Assembly (NCBI RefSeq): GCF_009914755.1
Contig: NC_060935.1
DNA length: 64,000 bases
Source: the human T2T-CHM13v2.0 reference genome, Homo sapiens
Direction: 5' to 3' (one strand)
Each line of letters opens with the position of its first letter. Positions within the stretch are counted from its first letter, which is position 1. The notes under the pieces were generated by a model, which saw only the letters and a program-made list of their open reading frames with translations, had not been told where the DNA came from and did no database searches. This document shows positions 1 through 12,900 of the stretch, in pieces. The position numbers and the translations under genes are program-made.

Positions 1-99
1 GCTCTTAAATGATGGGTAGAAATTAGAAAAGGGAATCAAATTTAGCATTTTAGGCATTGATAGATAATAATAACTAAAATTGAACAAACAATCATCTAA

Positions 100-590
100 G
101 ACTTTTCAATATGTTAATAACATTTAATTATCACAGCAGTCCTCTAAAAGACATAATACTATTGGCCGGGCGCAGTGGCTCACGCCTGTAATCCCAACAC
201 TTTGGGAGGTTGAGGCGGGCAGATCACGAGGTCAGGAGATCAAGACCATCCTGGCTAACACAGTGAAACCCCGTCTCTACTAAAAATAAAAAAAATTAGC
301 CGGGCATGGTGGCACGCGCCTGTAGTCCCAGCTGTCAGGAGACTGAGGCGGGAGAATCGCTTGAACACAGGAGGCGGAGGTTGCAATGAGCTGACATGGC
401 ACCACTGCACTCCAGCCTGGGTGACAGAGTGAGACTCCATCTCAAAAAAAAAAAAAAAAAAGAGGTATATTACTATTATTTCCATTTTACAGATGGAGAA
501 ACCAAGTCTTTGAAATCTTGAGAAACTTGCTCACAGTATATATAGATGTTAAGTGGCACGTTTGGTGAATGAATCCACGATGATGTTCCA
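100..590 (-). mobile_element. MIR split by the Alu
   Basis: CATTTAATTATCACAGCAGTCCT lies before the Alu and TCCATTTTACAGATGGAGAAACC after it (antisense MIR core). Confidence 0.8.
164..461 (+). mobile_element. Full-length Alu (AluSc8-like) inserted into a MIR
   Basis: Starts GGCCGGGCGCAGTGGCTCACGCC, has a dimeric structure and a poly(A) tail at 444-461. The left arm has Y/Sc-type GATCACGAGGTC..CTGGCTAACA and the right arm is S-type. A degenerate TSD (AAAAGA..TACTATT) is on both sides. Confidence 0.95.
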
Positions 591-869
591 AGCTTATGCT
601 CAATATTTGAATGATACAGGGGACAAGTGAAGAGGAGGGAGGCAGGTCATATACCCTAGGCCGTAAAGGAGGGGAGTGGAATCAAGGAAGATGCAGCAGA
701 AAAGAAGACTTTGAAAGCACTTAAAAGAAGACTTTGAAGGATCTTAGGGAGCTTGGATGGTGGAACCATGAGAAGAGCACAGAGAAGTTGGTGAGGATAA
801 TTCCCCCCCTTCTCCATATTCTAGAGCTGACAACTCCAGCTTGTGTCAGGGTAATCAAAAGAAGAGACA

Positions 870-1080
870 ATTTATTGCAGCTCCTACCATGTGCCAAGCA
901 GGCACCTACCTAATACCCTAGGGGCATTAACTCTTTTAACCCTTGCAACAGCCCTGTGAGGTAGCTACAGTTACAAGCCCCAGTTTAGAGGAAGAAACTG
1001 AGGAACATAAAAGGTAAGTAGCTTACCCAAGGTCTTCAAGCCAATTGAGCGCGTATCCAGCTCCAGGGTTTGTGGCATGA
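870..1080 (-). mobile_element. MIR
   Basis: CAACAGCCCTGTGAGGTAG..GAAGAAACTGAGG..TTACCCAAGGTC. Confidence 0.85.
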
Positions 1081-1119
1081 GCACGCTATAAACTTCCTGG
1101 GCAGGCTGAGGAAGTGAAA

Positions 1120-1260
1120 GGGACATGATCTTGGGTCTAAATTCAAGCTTCATTACTTTCTCCATGGGGGTCCTCTTTGAGTCTCAATTTCCTTATCTGC
1201 AAAGCAGGGATGATACCATCTGTCAAGGGTTTATGTGAGGATTACGTGAGATGACTAAAG
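1120..1260 (+). mobile_element. MIR fragment
   Basis: GAGTCTCAATTTCCTTATCTGCAAAGCAGGGATGATA..TGTGAGGATTA. Confidence 0.8.
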
Positions 1261-2019
1261 GAAACGCCAATCACGGCGGATTTGAGGTAAAAGGCCTCCC
1301 AGCCTTCAATTCCTTCCTCTTACTCCCCAGATGGTCTCCTCCCTGCGGAATCTTTGGATTTCAAGTCTCCTTTCCCAGAAAGGAAACACCTTTCTTTCTG
1401 GGACTGTTGATATAGAGCTATGTGAGGCATTCCAACCTAAATTTCTCTTCCCCAAACAGGCCTGATTGACATTTTCTTTCCCCACTCAGCTCAAAGACAC
1501 TCAGAGCATTGAGCAAACATCTGGGATTTTTGCATGTTGCCATGTCTTTTAAAGAACATCCCTAAAATGTACTGGAGACTCCAAGGCTTAAAATAGGTCC
1601 CTGCAAATTCACCCATGCCTATAATTGAATAGCAGTTGGAGAGAAAAATAGCTTCAATAATGTTGCATTTTAAAATTATGGTACATATTAATTGCGCCCG
1701 AGTCTCCATTTTCATTTAAGAAAGTGGTCTCCTCATAAGTAAAGTGGGAAAGATACAAAAAAGAAAACCAAAAATAAGTCAGTTTTTTTTTCCCCCAAAC
1801 CACTGAAGTGCAAGGCACAGTCTGTTTCCAGGCAGAATGTCTGAGGGAGGGACACTTCCCCTCTTTTGCCTAGGGAGATGAAGAGCTCTCATTGCAATTA
1901 TTTTTATTTTGTGTAGAAATAAGACACAGAGAAAAAAAAAAAAGACCCTTCCAAGACCATAAATATAGCCAATTGTGCAATGAGACTCTCCGGCCCACTG
2001 ATTTTAATTGTTCCAGTTC

Positions 2020-2110
2020 AGGTATCTCCTATTTTACAGATGAGGAAATTGAGGCTGAGGAAAGGAGTCACCCAGGATCCTCCTAACCATATAAACCTGA
2101 ATTTGAGTTT
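2020..2110 (-). mobile_element. MIR core fragment
   Basis: CCTATTTTACAGATGAGGAAATTGAGGCT. Confidence 0.75.
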
Positions 2111-2679
2111 GGGGGAATGAATGTGCCATGGGCCTGAAACTCTGCCTGTTGACCAAGGTCACTCTGGAAAATGGCCACAGGCTATCCTGAAGGCCACCTG
2201 TAGTCACCATCTGTTGCTAGTACTTAGGACTTCCCATTTCTCCTGCTTGTCTACAGTATGTTCACAGATATCTGGCTGACTGTCAAGTCCATGGTTAGAC
2301 ATGTGGGTAGCAGATGTGCACAGCATTGCATCCAGCTGTGCTTTTGCCAGCTGTAAGATACTGTATGCCAATTTCTTACCCATCAGACATCTGGAGAACA
2401 GGGCCCACACGAGAAGAAGCTCCTAGACATGGTGTCCCTCTGGGTGAGAGTCATAATGCCTTCAACACTCATCATGAGCCTAAGAAAAAGCTTGAAACAG
2501 AATTCTGGCCAACACATTCAGGAAATAATTATTGAGTGCTAACTCTGTGAGAGGCACCATCCTAGATGCTAGAGAACTGGTGGAAACAAGACAGAAGAAA
2601 GGACTTCACTATGGAGGAAGGGGGAAACTGTGATTCCCAAAGCAGTCAGGATGATCCTTTAGAAAACTCAAGAGAGTCA

Positions 2680-2870
2680 TGGAATTGCTCATTCAAAGTA
2701 AAAGCCACAGTCTCTACCATGGCTTTACATGAACTGCCTTCCTCTTCCTTTTTAATCTCAACTCTTAACACTCTTCCTCTTGCCCTACCCACTCCAGCCA
2801 CACTGGCCGTTTTGCATTCCTGGAACACACTAAGCATGTTTCTACCTCAGGGCCTTTGCACTTGCTATTT
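2680..2870 (+). mobile_element. L2 fragment
   Basis: CTCCAGCCACACTGGCC..CCTCAGGGCCTTTGCACTTGCT is typical of the L2 3' region. Confidence 0.85.
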
Positions 2871-3429
2871 TTCTTTACTGTTGGGCACACTACAGGGATT
2901 CGTAGTTCTTGTTTCCCTTTCTTTTCCTATTGTTCCCTTCTCTTCCTACCCCCACCAAATATTTTAAAAATTCAGAAGCTAGTCATCACAGGCGGTTAAA
3001 GAAGAAACCATGTTCTTCCACAGATTGTCCTGGAATGCCCCACCAGCATCAATGACTTGGTTCTCTTCCCTGGCCCTGAAGGAGTGGGCCACTTTCCAGA
3101 CACGTCCCAGGCAGCAGTCCTGCTCCGTGACACTGTCAAGAAGAGAGGAGCCTCAGGAAAAGTCACAGACATAAACAAGATAAAGCCTGTGACCTTCTAG
3201 GACACTTTGGCCTGTGGACCACAGAACTGTCAATGGCCCAGCCCTTGCTCTGATAAGGGAGGGCAGGAACATTCCAGGAGATGCATTTGTCTCAAGCCCT
3301 CAAAGGCTGAGCATCCCCGAGAATCTGGCAGAGAGAGAGAGGACGGGGGAGGCTGGTGGGAGGATCTCTCCAGGGCGTGGAGCCAGCCCCACTGCCCTTG
3401 CTATCCCTTCAGCCCAGATATGGGGCAAG

Positions 3430-4085
3430 AAATTCAGGCCAACTCAGCAAACATGTACCTGGCAGCTCCTTCCTGCCTGGCACTGCTAGGGGCAGAGTGC
3501 TGGAGGAGATGGGAGGGCAAGGATCCCAGGTTGCAGGGGCTCAGAAAGGTGGAGGGAGATGTGGATATCAATTGCCTGCATGGAAAATGAGGGGACAAAG
3601 GACAGGCTTTAGTGCTCTGAGGAAGGAGGCAGTCATTCTGTCTGAGGTTGTGGGAGTCTAGGAATATTTATTTCCTAGAGAACGAGGCCCCTAAGTAGGC
3701 CGTAAAGTTAACCATGACTTTGACAGGTGGAGGGGTCAGAGGAGAGCATTCCTGGCACAGATTGGTATGTTCAAAAGCATGGAGGAAGACAATTGCAGAT
3801 GTGTTTCAGTTCATGCAAAGGCCCCTGGAAGGTTGCAATGGAAGATGAAGCTAGAAAGATCAGGGCTGCAGTAGGAGGGGCCTTGACTCCCTGGGAAAGG
3901 GTGTGAAACTATCCTATAGGAATAGGAGCCAGGGCTGCCTCTCCGGTAGGGCAGAAACAGTACCAGCTGGGCTTCACATGGAGGAAGGAGGGGTGGAAGG
4001 GGAGCAGACAGGGCCAGTGGAGGGGATGTAATATTCCAAGTTAGAGGTGGTGAGGCCTGAATTCCGGTAGCAGCCATGGGATTTC
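3430..4085 (-). mobile_element. L2 (old, antisense)
   Basis: Purine-rich degenerate L2 antisense, with the terminal region CCTGGCACTGCTAGGGGC and GAGCATTCCTGGCACAG. Confidence 0.65.
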
Positions 4086-4469
4086 TGGAAAAAGTTGCAG
4101 ATTGTTTTCTTGCTCCTCTTTTAAGACAGTTATTAGCAGCTGTGGGGCCACCTGAGTGTGTACTGAGCACTTGGGAAACAGGTCCTGAACCAGAAAGAGT
4201 GTCCAGGTACAAGTCTACATCCCATACCTTGTCAGGCAGAAGTTAGTAGGAAACCCTGCAGCCCAGCCAGATAAAGGCGTGGCTTCCAGAATGCCCTGGA
4301 ACTGCCTGGGTGATCCTTTTAAAACATGAATATAAACATGTCTTCATCCTCCTTAAAACCCTTCGCTGTTTCCACGTCACTCTCAGAATGAAGTCCAAGC
4401 TCTTTGGCTTGGTGTTTAAAGCTTCATCAAGCCTGTGCTTATACCTCTGTCATCCCATCTCTGTAGTGT

Positions 4470-4630
4470 AGGGCAGGGATCCAAACACTTGTCTGCATGT
4501 TCAAATTCACCTGGAGATCTTTTAGAATGTCTAAAGCACAGCCCAGCACCCAGACCAATTAAACCACAATTTCTGGGATGGGACCTAGTTGCTCAGGTGA
4601 CCCCAGAGAAGCTAGAAACCCAGGTATAGG
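4470..4630. mobile_element. MER5-type hAT-Charlie MITE
   Basis: AAATTCACCTGGAGATCTTTTAGAATG..CCCAGACCAATTAAACCACAATTTCTGGG. Confidence 0.7.
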
Positions 4631-4660
4631 GCCTACATCCTAAGCTCCAGTCATACCAGA

Positions 4661-5130
4661 TGTATTAGCTAGCTGTTTCCATCACAGACCACTTCAAATT
4701 CGTGGTGGCTTACAAAAAATATTGATTACCATGCTCACAGAAATGCAGATCATCTGTGATTTGGCAGGTAAATGCTGGTGGCAGTTCTGCTTCAGGCTTC
4801 GGGGTCAGCTGGGGTTGACTCTAGGCTGACTCTAGACATTGCATTCTAGACATTGCATTGAGGGAATTCTACAGATCTCTCATATTTCTGGGAGCTACAT
4901 CTTTCCCTGCAGCAAATTTTCAAGGTATTGATAGAAGTGCACGTGCCCCTTAAGATCTTAGATTTTAGCTGGCAACCCCTCACTTAACTCACATCCCATT
5001 GGTCAAAACAAGTCCCATGGTCAAGGCCAACAATGATGGGGCAGGAAAACAGACTCTGCTCACTCTCCTGTTCTGCAAGTCACATGGCAGGAAGGAGTGA
5101 GGAACTAGAATAATCCACTCCATCTCACAG
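4661..5130 (-). mobile_element. MLT1 (MaLR) solo LTR
   Basis: Starts TGTATTAG; contains GTGGCTTACAAAAAA and CACATCCCATTGGTCAAAACAAGTCCCATGG. Confidence 0.75.
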
Positions 5131-5344
5131 GTAATCTTGTGACCTTGAATGGGTCGCGTCTATGAACCCCAGTTTCCTTACCTGGAGAATGAGATAGTTG
5201 CCCTGGATGCCCACTTACATGACCGCCCCTCCCAGCTCTTCTCATCCACAAAGACCTTTGCACATGTATGCACAGCCACCCACTTGTGCCCATACTACAC
5301 ATTTAAATCATGACTATTATTTTTAAATACTTGTTGATTTTCAA

Positions 5345-5625
5345 AATGCTTCACATACTCACACAGGCCATATACTCATCTGCAGATACAGATCCTTGCA
5401 TTCTCAGTCCTACACATACATATATACTTACTTTTCAAACACACACGTTTATGTGCACATGTTCCCACATTTATACAAATGCACACAGAGGCACCTATGT
5501 GCCGGTGTGCACTCGCTCAGCCATACTCACACATGCCACATGGATTCTCAGACATGTTTAGTTACAAACAGTCTCCCCCACCCTTCTCACCCTCACACAC
5601 TGGCTCACTCACACATATATTCTAT
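5345..5625. repeat. Degenerate (CA/CATA)-rich low-complexity tract
   Basis: Interrupted CACA/CATA runs. Confidence 0.75.
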
Positions 5626-6296
5626 ACCTCTCCGCACAGCTGTTTAATCAGAATCAGGGCCTGCTGATGAGGCTGTTGTCTGGCGCTCAGGGAGCTGCTT
5701 TAACTCTTTGCTGCCCCCATAAAGGCTGGCTGTACTATGTGCCCTCCATCTGCAGACCCCGGGGAACAAAAAGGCCACAGAAGAGTCAGGCGGAGATGCT
5801 TAATCTGCAGGATTGGAGCTCATCTGGTGCCACAGGGCCAGGGAGAGGGTGCAGAAGACACAGGGACAGACAGCACTCTGGACCCTCTGAATTCACTCTG
5901 TGCTTTCTCCTCCTGGCTGCATCTCCCTCATGTCCCAGGTATCTTCAGTAGGATAACCAAAAAAAAAAAAAAAAAAAGAATCATCCAAACCAAGACAGTG
6001 TTGAGAGCGAAAGGGACACTAACAACAATTACACTGAATTACCTGAGATTGTCACAGGCAAGCAGCAAATGCCTGGTCCCTACTCATGAGAGACCAGATA
6101 TTGTGGACTTGCCCTGAGCTCCTGTTTCAGCCCAACTCAAGGACAGTCCCGGTTGAAAGGAACTTTCAGGTAGAATTCCCTCATTTTGCAGTTGAAGGCC
6201 CAGAGAGAAGCTGGGACTTGCCTGAGGTGACACAACAAGTTAGTAACAAAACAGTGTATAGAACTAAGTTTTTCAATCTTCCAGGCTAGAGTTCTC

Positions 6297-6645
6297 CGTG
6301 GTCTTAGGTGCAGCTCCTGGGAAACTGGCTGAAACTGTGGGATTAGCATGCAAGGGTTCACTGAGGAGTACTTGAGGAAAGAAAGCAGGACAGAGCAGAG
6401 GGACAGCAGCCTCAGCAGAGGTCATGGGGAGCTCTGGAGCTGAGAGGGTTCTTCAAGGTTGTCCCAAATGAATCTATGGGCCGAGGCTTTGTGCCTCCAG
6501 CGAGAGGACGTGATGTTGGGTGGGGCAGTACCCTGCAGCTGAGAGCAACCCCCAGGGAGGGATGCAACAGCCTGTCAACTAAGGGAGACAGTGCCTTGGT
6601 CCTCCAGGGGAGGTGGGCAGCACACCATGGCATCCACCACATCCT
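6297..6645 (-). mobile_element. ERVL LTR fragment (LTR16-like)
   Basis: GGTCTTAGG..CCTGGGAAAC..GGATTAGCATGCAAG and GCAGCTGAGAGCAA resemble the antisense LTR16 family. Confidence 0.55.
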
Positions 6646-7215
6646 GCTGTTAGCTTGTGTTAAACAAGCTACCTGCAGCCCCAGCCCCCCAGAGGCCTGT
6701 TTGTACCTGGGCAGCAGTTGTATTGGCATTCATTTCACTGGCTCCACAGGGGGTCCTGGAAGGAAATTGCTGGGGAGGAGGCCACCTGGCTGAGGCTGCT
6801 CCTGAGACTGACCAGTGCGTTCCTTGTGGAGCCCGAGCTTCCTGCCAGCCCCAGCACGGCCATCTCTGCAGCTTTGCAGCTGCATTCTTCACACCCATCA
6901 GAAGTCACTGTTGCTTACTTTATTTTTCCACTTCTTCGATCCTTCTACATGTGGTCCAAGGGAGTTTCCTGTCTAACTCAGCCAGGGAACAGGGGCAGCT
7001 AGCAGAGAGCCAAAAGGGGGCACCTGGGCATGAGTTAAGAGGGCATCTGTGGCAAGCCCATTACACAGCTAAAGAGAACAATCTCAATGAGAAGACTCAG
7101 GCTTCTTTATGAAGGAGGGACACATTTCCCATGGGCTGTGGAGTCCAGCAATCCTGACTTCCAGTCTTAGCTCTGCTGCCTACCTACGGAGGCACTTTAC
7201 ACACACTTCCAGGCG

Positions 7216-7570
7216 TGAAAAAAAAAAAATTTCAGCAAATTAAATTTAACAAAGTTTAGTTGAGCCAAGAACTATTCGCAAATCGAGCCCCCTCAGAACC
7301 AGGAAACGGAACGGAAGTGAGGCACAGCAACAGCTTCACTGGTTACAGCTCAGCATTGGCCGTATTTGGATGTGGTGTGATGAGTTGACTGCCCGTGATT
7401 GGCTGAACCTCAGCATCTTGTTATTGGCTGAGACACAACTACTTGTCACAAAAAATGCATACTCCTAAATTAGGCTTTTATTCTGTTTACGTACTAAGTA
7501 AGGTGCAGTTTGTTATGTAAATACTCAAGGTACTGAGGCATCTTCAGGCCAACTTTAGTTAAATTTAACA
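7216..7570 (-). mobile_element. ERV1 solo LTR, MER57-like
   Basis: TG...CA termini. The minus strand starts TGTTAAATTTAACTAAAGTTGGCCTGAAGATGCCTC. Contains repeated CCAAT boxes. Confidence 0.75.
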
Positions 7571-8034
7571 CAAGCTACCTAGAACTTAGGGATGGCTCTC
7601 TATATACAGTAGAGCATTGTAAGAATGTAATGAGGTAACCTGGGAATAGGAAAGGGATCTGCAACGTGCCAGCACTCTGCTAAGCACGCAGCACCCACAG
7701 CCTCCCTTATCCCTATCACAAGCCTGCAAGGTGAGTACCCAGGATCCCATTTTACAGATAAACAAGCTTGCCCCAGGGCCCAGATCCAAGCTCAACCTGA
7801 CATTGTATGATTGGTTGCCAGCATTCTCTGCAGATTAGTCTTGACAAGGGCCAGTTTCTTACTCCAGTAAAGCAGGAATTAAAAAGAAAATAAAAAAAGA
7901 AAACACTGGAGCAGTGCTTGACATTTCACTATGTTTCCATCATATTGGGTGAAGGCATCAAGAAGAGCAAAAATCCTCCTCCTTAAAAACTCAAGAATTT
8001 CAGTGCCAAAAAAATGACTGTGGAATTTTTCCAT

Positions 8035-8036
<2 letters not shown>

Positions 8037-8084
<48 letters not shown>
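8037..8084. repeat. (AC)24 microsatellite
   Basis: Perfect dinucleotide run of 48 bp. Confidence 0.98.
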
Positions 8085-8085
<1 letters not shown>

Positions 8086-8589
8086 GTGTTAGTTTTTTCC
8101 TGAGGATCCTGCAGAATTGCTTTTCACAAAAGACGGCTAACAGCACAGAGCTCTTCTGGAGAGCAGATTAAATGAATTGTCCAGTTTTGGGTGGAAGGCT
8201 GTCCAACTTTCCCAGTCATCAGTGGAATGCTGGCTGGGTTGATGTAGGGGTTACTTGGGGGTTATTGACAACTCCCCAAATGAGTCTAGCAAACTCGTTT
8301 GTGCCAGGCTTCAACTAGGGAGCTCACAGTCTCCTGGGGAAAATGGACATAAAAACAGGAAATTACAATATGTAAGTAATATTATAACAAGAAGTAATAG
8401 AATCAAATACAAAGTCCCCAGATAACTTGGAGGTGGTGTCAGCTCTGTCGTGGAGGCTCAAGGAAGATTTGCTGAAAGAAGTATCACAAATCCAGGTTTT
8501 GAAGGATGAACAGGAGTTTTTAGGAGCTACCACCTACTTTTAATGATTTTTCTATTTAGAGAGTGGAGAAAAGAAAGAAGAGGAAGGGT

Positions 8590-8800
8590 GCTTACATGTA
8601 CTACATGCTATTTGCCAGACTGCATTCGACACTTTGCACGTTTGCACATTTAATTCTCACGATAACCTTGTCAGATGGGGTTTTCACAGGCAAGAAACTT
8701 AGGATCAAAAAGGGTAAGCTGAGCAATTTACTCAAGGTCACACAGCTACCAAGTGCTGGGGCCAGAAATCCATCCCAGTTCTTTTGGCTCCAAATCCCTG
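8590..8800 (-). mobile_element. MIR
   Basis: CATTTAATTCTCAC..AAGAAACTTAGG..CAAGGTCACACAGCTA. Confidence 0.85.
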
Positions 8801-9279
8801 GCTCTTTCCCTGCTGCTGGCTTCTGTAGCCCATAGGAGCTGTACATTCATGGAGTTTATCTGTGGCATACTGTGCAGTTTTTGAGTTGGTTAGAATAATG
8901 TAAAATCATTAGGAACTGATTTAGCAACTGGTCATATCTACAGTCAACCCTACAAAATTCCCTCATCTGTTCACAGAAACTATAAGTCTTCAAAGTACTG
9001 TCCCATCTACCCATTCCTCAGCCCAGCCCTGCAACTTGAACAGGAAGGTCCATTGCCTGGTAAGTCAAGAGCAGAGCCAGGGGAACTAGAATCTTCAATT
9101 TCTTGGTTCCCACTGCAGGGCTCTATGAGTGACACTATGTTATACGTATCTTGTCCCTTTCATATCTCTGGTGCTGTAAGGAAGTACCTTCAGGTACTCC
9201 AGATCCTGGGTACCTTCTGTATCCTCCTTAACATAAAGTCACTTAACATAGGACTGAGATTGAGTGTATTTCTTTTCAT

Positions 9280-9490
9280 AAAGAGGTGTGGCTTGAATTC
9301 CTGTGCTGACCACTCCTGACTTGTGTGACCTTGAGCCAAGTTACCTAACCCTTTAGACTTTAAATCATCTGAGAAATAGGGCCATAAGTTTGGAGAAGTC
9401 CTACCTTTGTACAAAATAACTGGGGCGATGTTTCGGCACTTACTGGGTACACAAAATACCTGGTACTTACTAGGTGCTCAGTAGATGTGA
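9280..9490 (+). mobile_element. MIR
   Basis: TGTGTGACCTTGAGCCAAGTTACCTAACC..TAGGTGCTCAGTA. Confidence 0.8.
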
Positions 9491-9649
9491 GTTTACTTTC
9501 CTTTATCCTTTGAAGAGCTGTACCTGTGTCCAGGGTTAACCTCACTCCATCAGGACCTAGACATCCCTACAAAATTAGGGATTTTACTTCCCTTTGTGGT
9601 AATTAACTATATATTGTACATTCTATATCCAAAGTCACAGAGCAGATCC

Positions 9650-9858
9650 ACAGTTTTCAAACTGGGTTCGAAGAAGCCCTGAGGTCCTGCGAGGCGGTTC
9701 AAGGGTGATGGATGTCAGTGGTCAGGCCTTCAGACCACCCCCTCCCAATTCAACAAAGGCAGAATCTCTTTTATATCTTTTATATGTTGGGCTCTCAAGT
9801 AGAATTTCATTTTAAGAATGAAATTGAGTGTTGAAAATAGAAAATTGCAAACCTCTGT
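9650..9858. mobile_element. hAT-Charlie MITE (MER102-like)
   Basis: CAGTTTTCAAACT...TTGCAAACCTCTG termini resemble terminal inverted repeats (TIRs). Confidence 0.5.
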
Positions 9859-9941
9859 TGGAGAGTAATAGAAAGTTTAATGTGTGATCTTTGCATTGCA
9901 AACCAGGTTGCTTTCTCCCTTATGTCTCTTCCCTCCTCGTC

Positions 9942-10233
9942 TTTTTTTTTTTTTTTTTTTTTTTTGAGAAGGAGTCTTGCTCTGTCCAGCAGTGGTGCCA
10001 TCTTGGCTCACTGCAACCTCCACCTCCCAGGTTCAAGCAATTCTCCTGCCTCAGCCTCCTGAGTAGCTGAGATTACAGGCACATGCCACCACCCTCAACT
10101 AATTCTTGTATTTTTAGTAGAGGTGGGGTTTCACCATGCTGGTCAGGCTGATCTCGAACTCCTGACCTTGTGATCTGCCTGCCTCGGCCTCCCGAAGTGC
10201 TGGGATTACAGACATGAGCCACCACGCCCAGCC
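9942..10233 (-). mobile_element. AluS (Sg-like) with a small deletion in the right arm
   Basis: Poly(T) at 9942-9965, antisense Alu body, TSD CCTCCT(C/G)GTCT on both sides. It lacks part of CCCAGGCTGGAGTG. Confidence 0.95.
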
Positions 10234-10549
10234 CCTCCTGGTCTCCTTAATGACAAAAGCCCAGCTTCTACCCTGCTCACTGCCCCACCCCCAACATTCA
10301 GACCAGTCACAAGAAGGAAAACCAGTTAACAAGGACCTGGAGAAGCTACAACGTACTTGGACTTCCAGTCTTTAAATGGACCGTTTTTGTCTCAGCCTGG
10401 CTAGGAAGTCTTGGCTGATGTGGTCTAGAGACAGGAAAGCAAGGTAATTTGGGGCCTAAAATGACAAAATGAGGGCAGAGAAAAGTGTTGAAAATGAATG
10501 ACTGCGGAAAGGAAAGAAATATTCTGACATGCTCCTCTTCCTATCTGAC

Positions 10550-10780
10550 ACCCAGTGAGATGGAGAACACGTTGACTTTGGAGCCAAGAAAGCTGAGTTC
10601 AAATTCTGAGCCTGCCCAATGTGTAACTATGTGATCTTGAACAAGCCATTAACTCCTTCCAGTCTTATTTCCTCATCTACAGAATGGGAATAGTATTGCT
10701 GTCACAGGACTAATATGAGTGTATATCACATGTATGTAAAAAGCATATGTGAGATATTGAATGAAAAACAATTGATGCCT
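10550..10780 (+). mobile_element. MIR
   Basis: ACTTTGGAGCCA..TGTGATCTTGAACAAG..TTTCCTCATCTACAGAATGGG. Confidence 0.85.
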
Positions 10781-11639
10781 GCTAGATGTCACTGAATAAA
10801 CATCAGTCCCCCTTCTCCATCCAGCTACCATATTTTCCAGCCCATACATTGAGACACTGGGTTATGGTAAATATTGAATTAAATGATGTAAATCAATTCC
10901 TAATGCAACTCCTGGCACACAGTAGGTGTTTAATAAATGCTATCTTCTCCACAAGCTTCCCTCCTTCTGCACAACATATTTGCAGCAACTGCCATCCTGA
11001 TCACCTCATGCTTGGGTTACTAACTCAGCCCCCCTAGTGGGGTCCCCTGTCCCAGAGCCCTGTTCCTGTCTCCCTGGCATGTGCAGTCACCCTAATCTTC
11101 CCCTAAACAAATGAACAAAGCAAGACAAATGGCAAAGCTCCACTAACAACAAGCTATTCAGTTCCAGCATTATCTGATTTAATTCTCCATTTTTGTTTCA
11201 GATCAATCTGTAAGATCAGTGTTAATAGCTCTCCCTACCCCTTGTAATGATAATCTCAGGCTCAAAGAAGTAAGCAATTTCAGCTCCTCACCTTTGTGGG
11301 GGCGTAGCTAAGGTGTGAGATCCCATCAGATCTGTCTGCAACCAAAGACTCTTCTGCAACATTAACTGTTCTCTGAAGTGGTCTGGCTGGGCACTGAGAG
11401 TGGAGAGACCTGGATTCTAGCGCTGGCTCACCATTGGTTCATGGCGCATGAGCCCATTTCCTCCTCTAAAAATGAGGAGAGTCCCTTCCTTTCTTACCCC
11501 ATATGTCTGCACTCAGGTTTCAGGGCCAATTTCAGATGGGCCATATGCTCTCTGTCCTCTGTACCTTTGCCCAAGCTGTCGCCTGCTCCTCAGTCACCTC
11601 CCTCATTGCCCTGTGTCTACCTGTTTAAGAATTAAGCTC

Positions 11640-11912
11640 TAAGATTCTACTCTATCATCCCTCACCTCCTTCAGAAAGCCTTCCTAGACCAGCCCAGGCA
11701 GAATCAGGTGCTCCTCCTCTAGGCTTTCATAGCCCTGCATCTAAACCACAACTGTGACCTTTTTTTCCTGGTATATACCTTTGATTATAGGACTGTCTCC
11801 TAGTAGATAGACTGGGAGCTCTCGTTTATCTCATTTATCTTTATACCCATGTCTGTCACAGAATAATTGCTCAGATAATACTTGTGGAATGAATGCATTA
11901 ATGAATGAATGA
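11640..11912 (+). mobile_element. L2 3' end
   Basis: CACCTCCTTCAGAAAGCCTTCC..TAGACTGGGAGCTC..GAATGAATG tail. Confidence 0.85.
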
Positions 11913-12689
11913 AGAGAGAGAGCAAGGGAGATCGAAAGAGCATCATTGAATGAGTTCAGGGTTTTGTTCGGTCCCAGCTTCAGAGTCCATTTCTTAAGAA
12001 TAATTAATTCTTGCAGTTCTTCCACTGCTGACGTTGTGCCTCCATGGGGGTCAATGGCCCTATGCCCTAGCATCTTATCCCTATACCATGTAATCTGGGT
12101 CTGATGCTGGAATTTGGGCTTAGAGCTTGGCTCCAAGTCTCTGTGACAGGGCTCTGCCCTGCCTCCAGCCCCCATCCAGGACATGGGCCCTCTCTTACCC
12201 TGGCCAGCCTGTTTCAGGCCAAGGAACTCCATTCCTCTCCCCAGCTCCTGTTCTCTCCCTCTCACCTGCTTCCCTGGCTGGTGATAGGGCCTGCCTCCTG
12301 CCCATCAGGGCTTCTTAGATTACAACTATCAGCCTAATTTCCCCACTTCTGTGTCCCACCCACTTACTAGGTCAGCCTTCCCACTATAGTTGGGAGATGG
12401 TGACATCCTCATGTGTCAGGCTTTTCCTGATATCGGGAGCCCCTCATGTCAGCTCCTATCCCTGGGTCAGATGCCCTGACATATGCCCAGCCCTTCAGAC
12501 AGCTCCAGGTCAGTGTCCAATCCCTTTCTGCCTGCCAGGGAGCATCTGGACATGCCTAGCCAAATCCTGAGATGGGCTGGGAGGAGGCAGTCAGCCCTGG
12601 AGATCATTTCCAGTGAAGGCCCAGCCTGCAGGTGGGCACACATGGTGGGTGTTCAGGTTTGAGGAGGCCTTGGAAAATGAAAGATCGCA

Positions 12690-12900
12690 TGTGGTGCAAA
12701 CCTCAGGCTATGTGCCTTTGGACAACTCATTTTATCCCTCTGTGCCAAAGAGTTTTTGTTTGCAAATTGGAGATAAGAACACATAATAGCTACCTCAGAG
12801 GACTGTTGTGAAGAATAAATAGGATAATGCATATCAACCTCAAGGCCTGGTACATGATGAGCCCTCAGTAAACGTGAGCCCTTTTCCATGTCACTATAGC
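12690..12900 (+). mobile_element. MIR
   Basis: ATAATAGCTACCTCAGAGGACTGTTGTGAAGAATAAAT..GCCTGGTACAT. Confidence 0.85.

Noticed and set aside
255-485. 76-aa ORF (also 9880-10062, 44189-44551, 45581-45970, 51042-51281, 60408-60665)
   Set aside because: These are translations of antisense Alu sequence ([11 protein letters not shown] / LLPRLECSG-type peptides), not genes.
4832-4859. 14-bp tandem duplication TCTAGACATTGCAT x2
   Set aside because: An ordinary slippage duplication inside an MLT1 LTR.
5880-5950. Polypyrimidine tract + CAG|G, a possible splice acceptor
   Set aside because: No supportable exon or partner splice site. lncRNA exons cannot be called without transcript data.
7879-8082. 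CVCVCV.. ORF (also 58313-58594)
   Set aside because: These are translations of microsatellite or low-complexity sequence.
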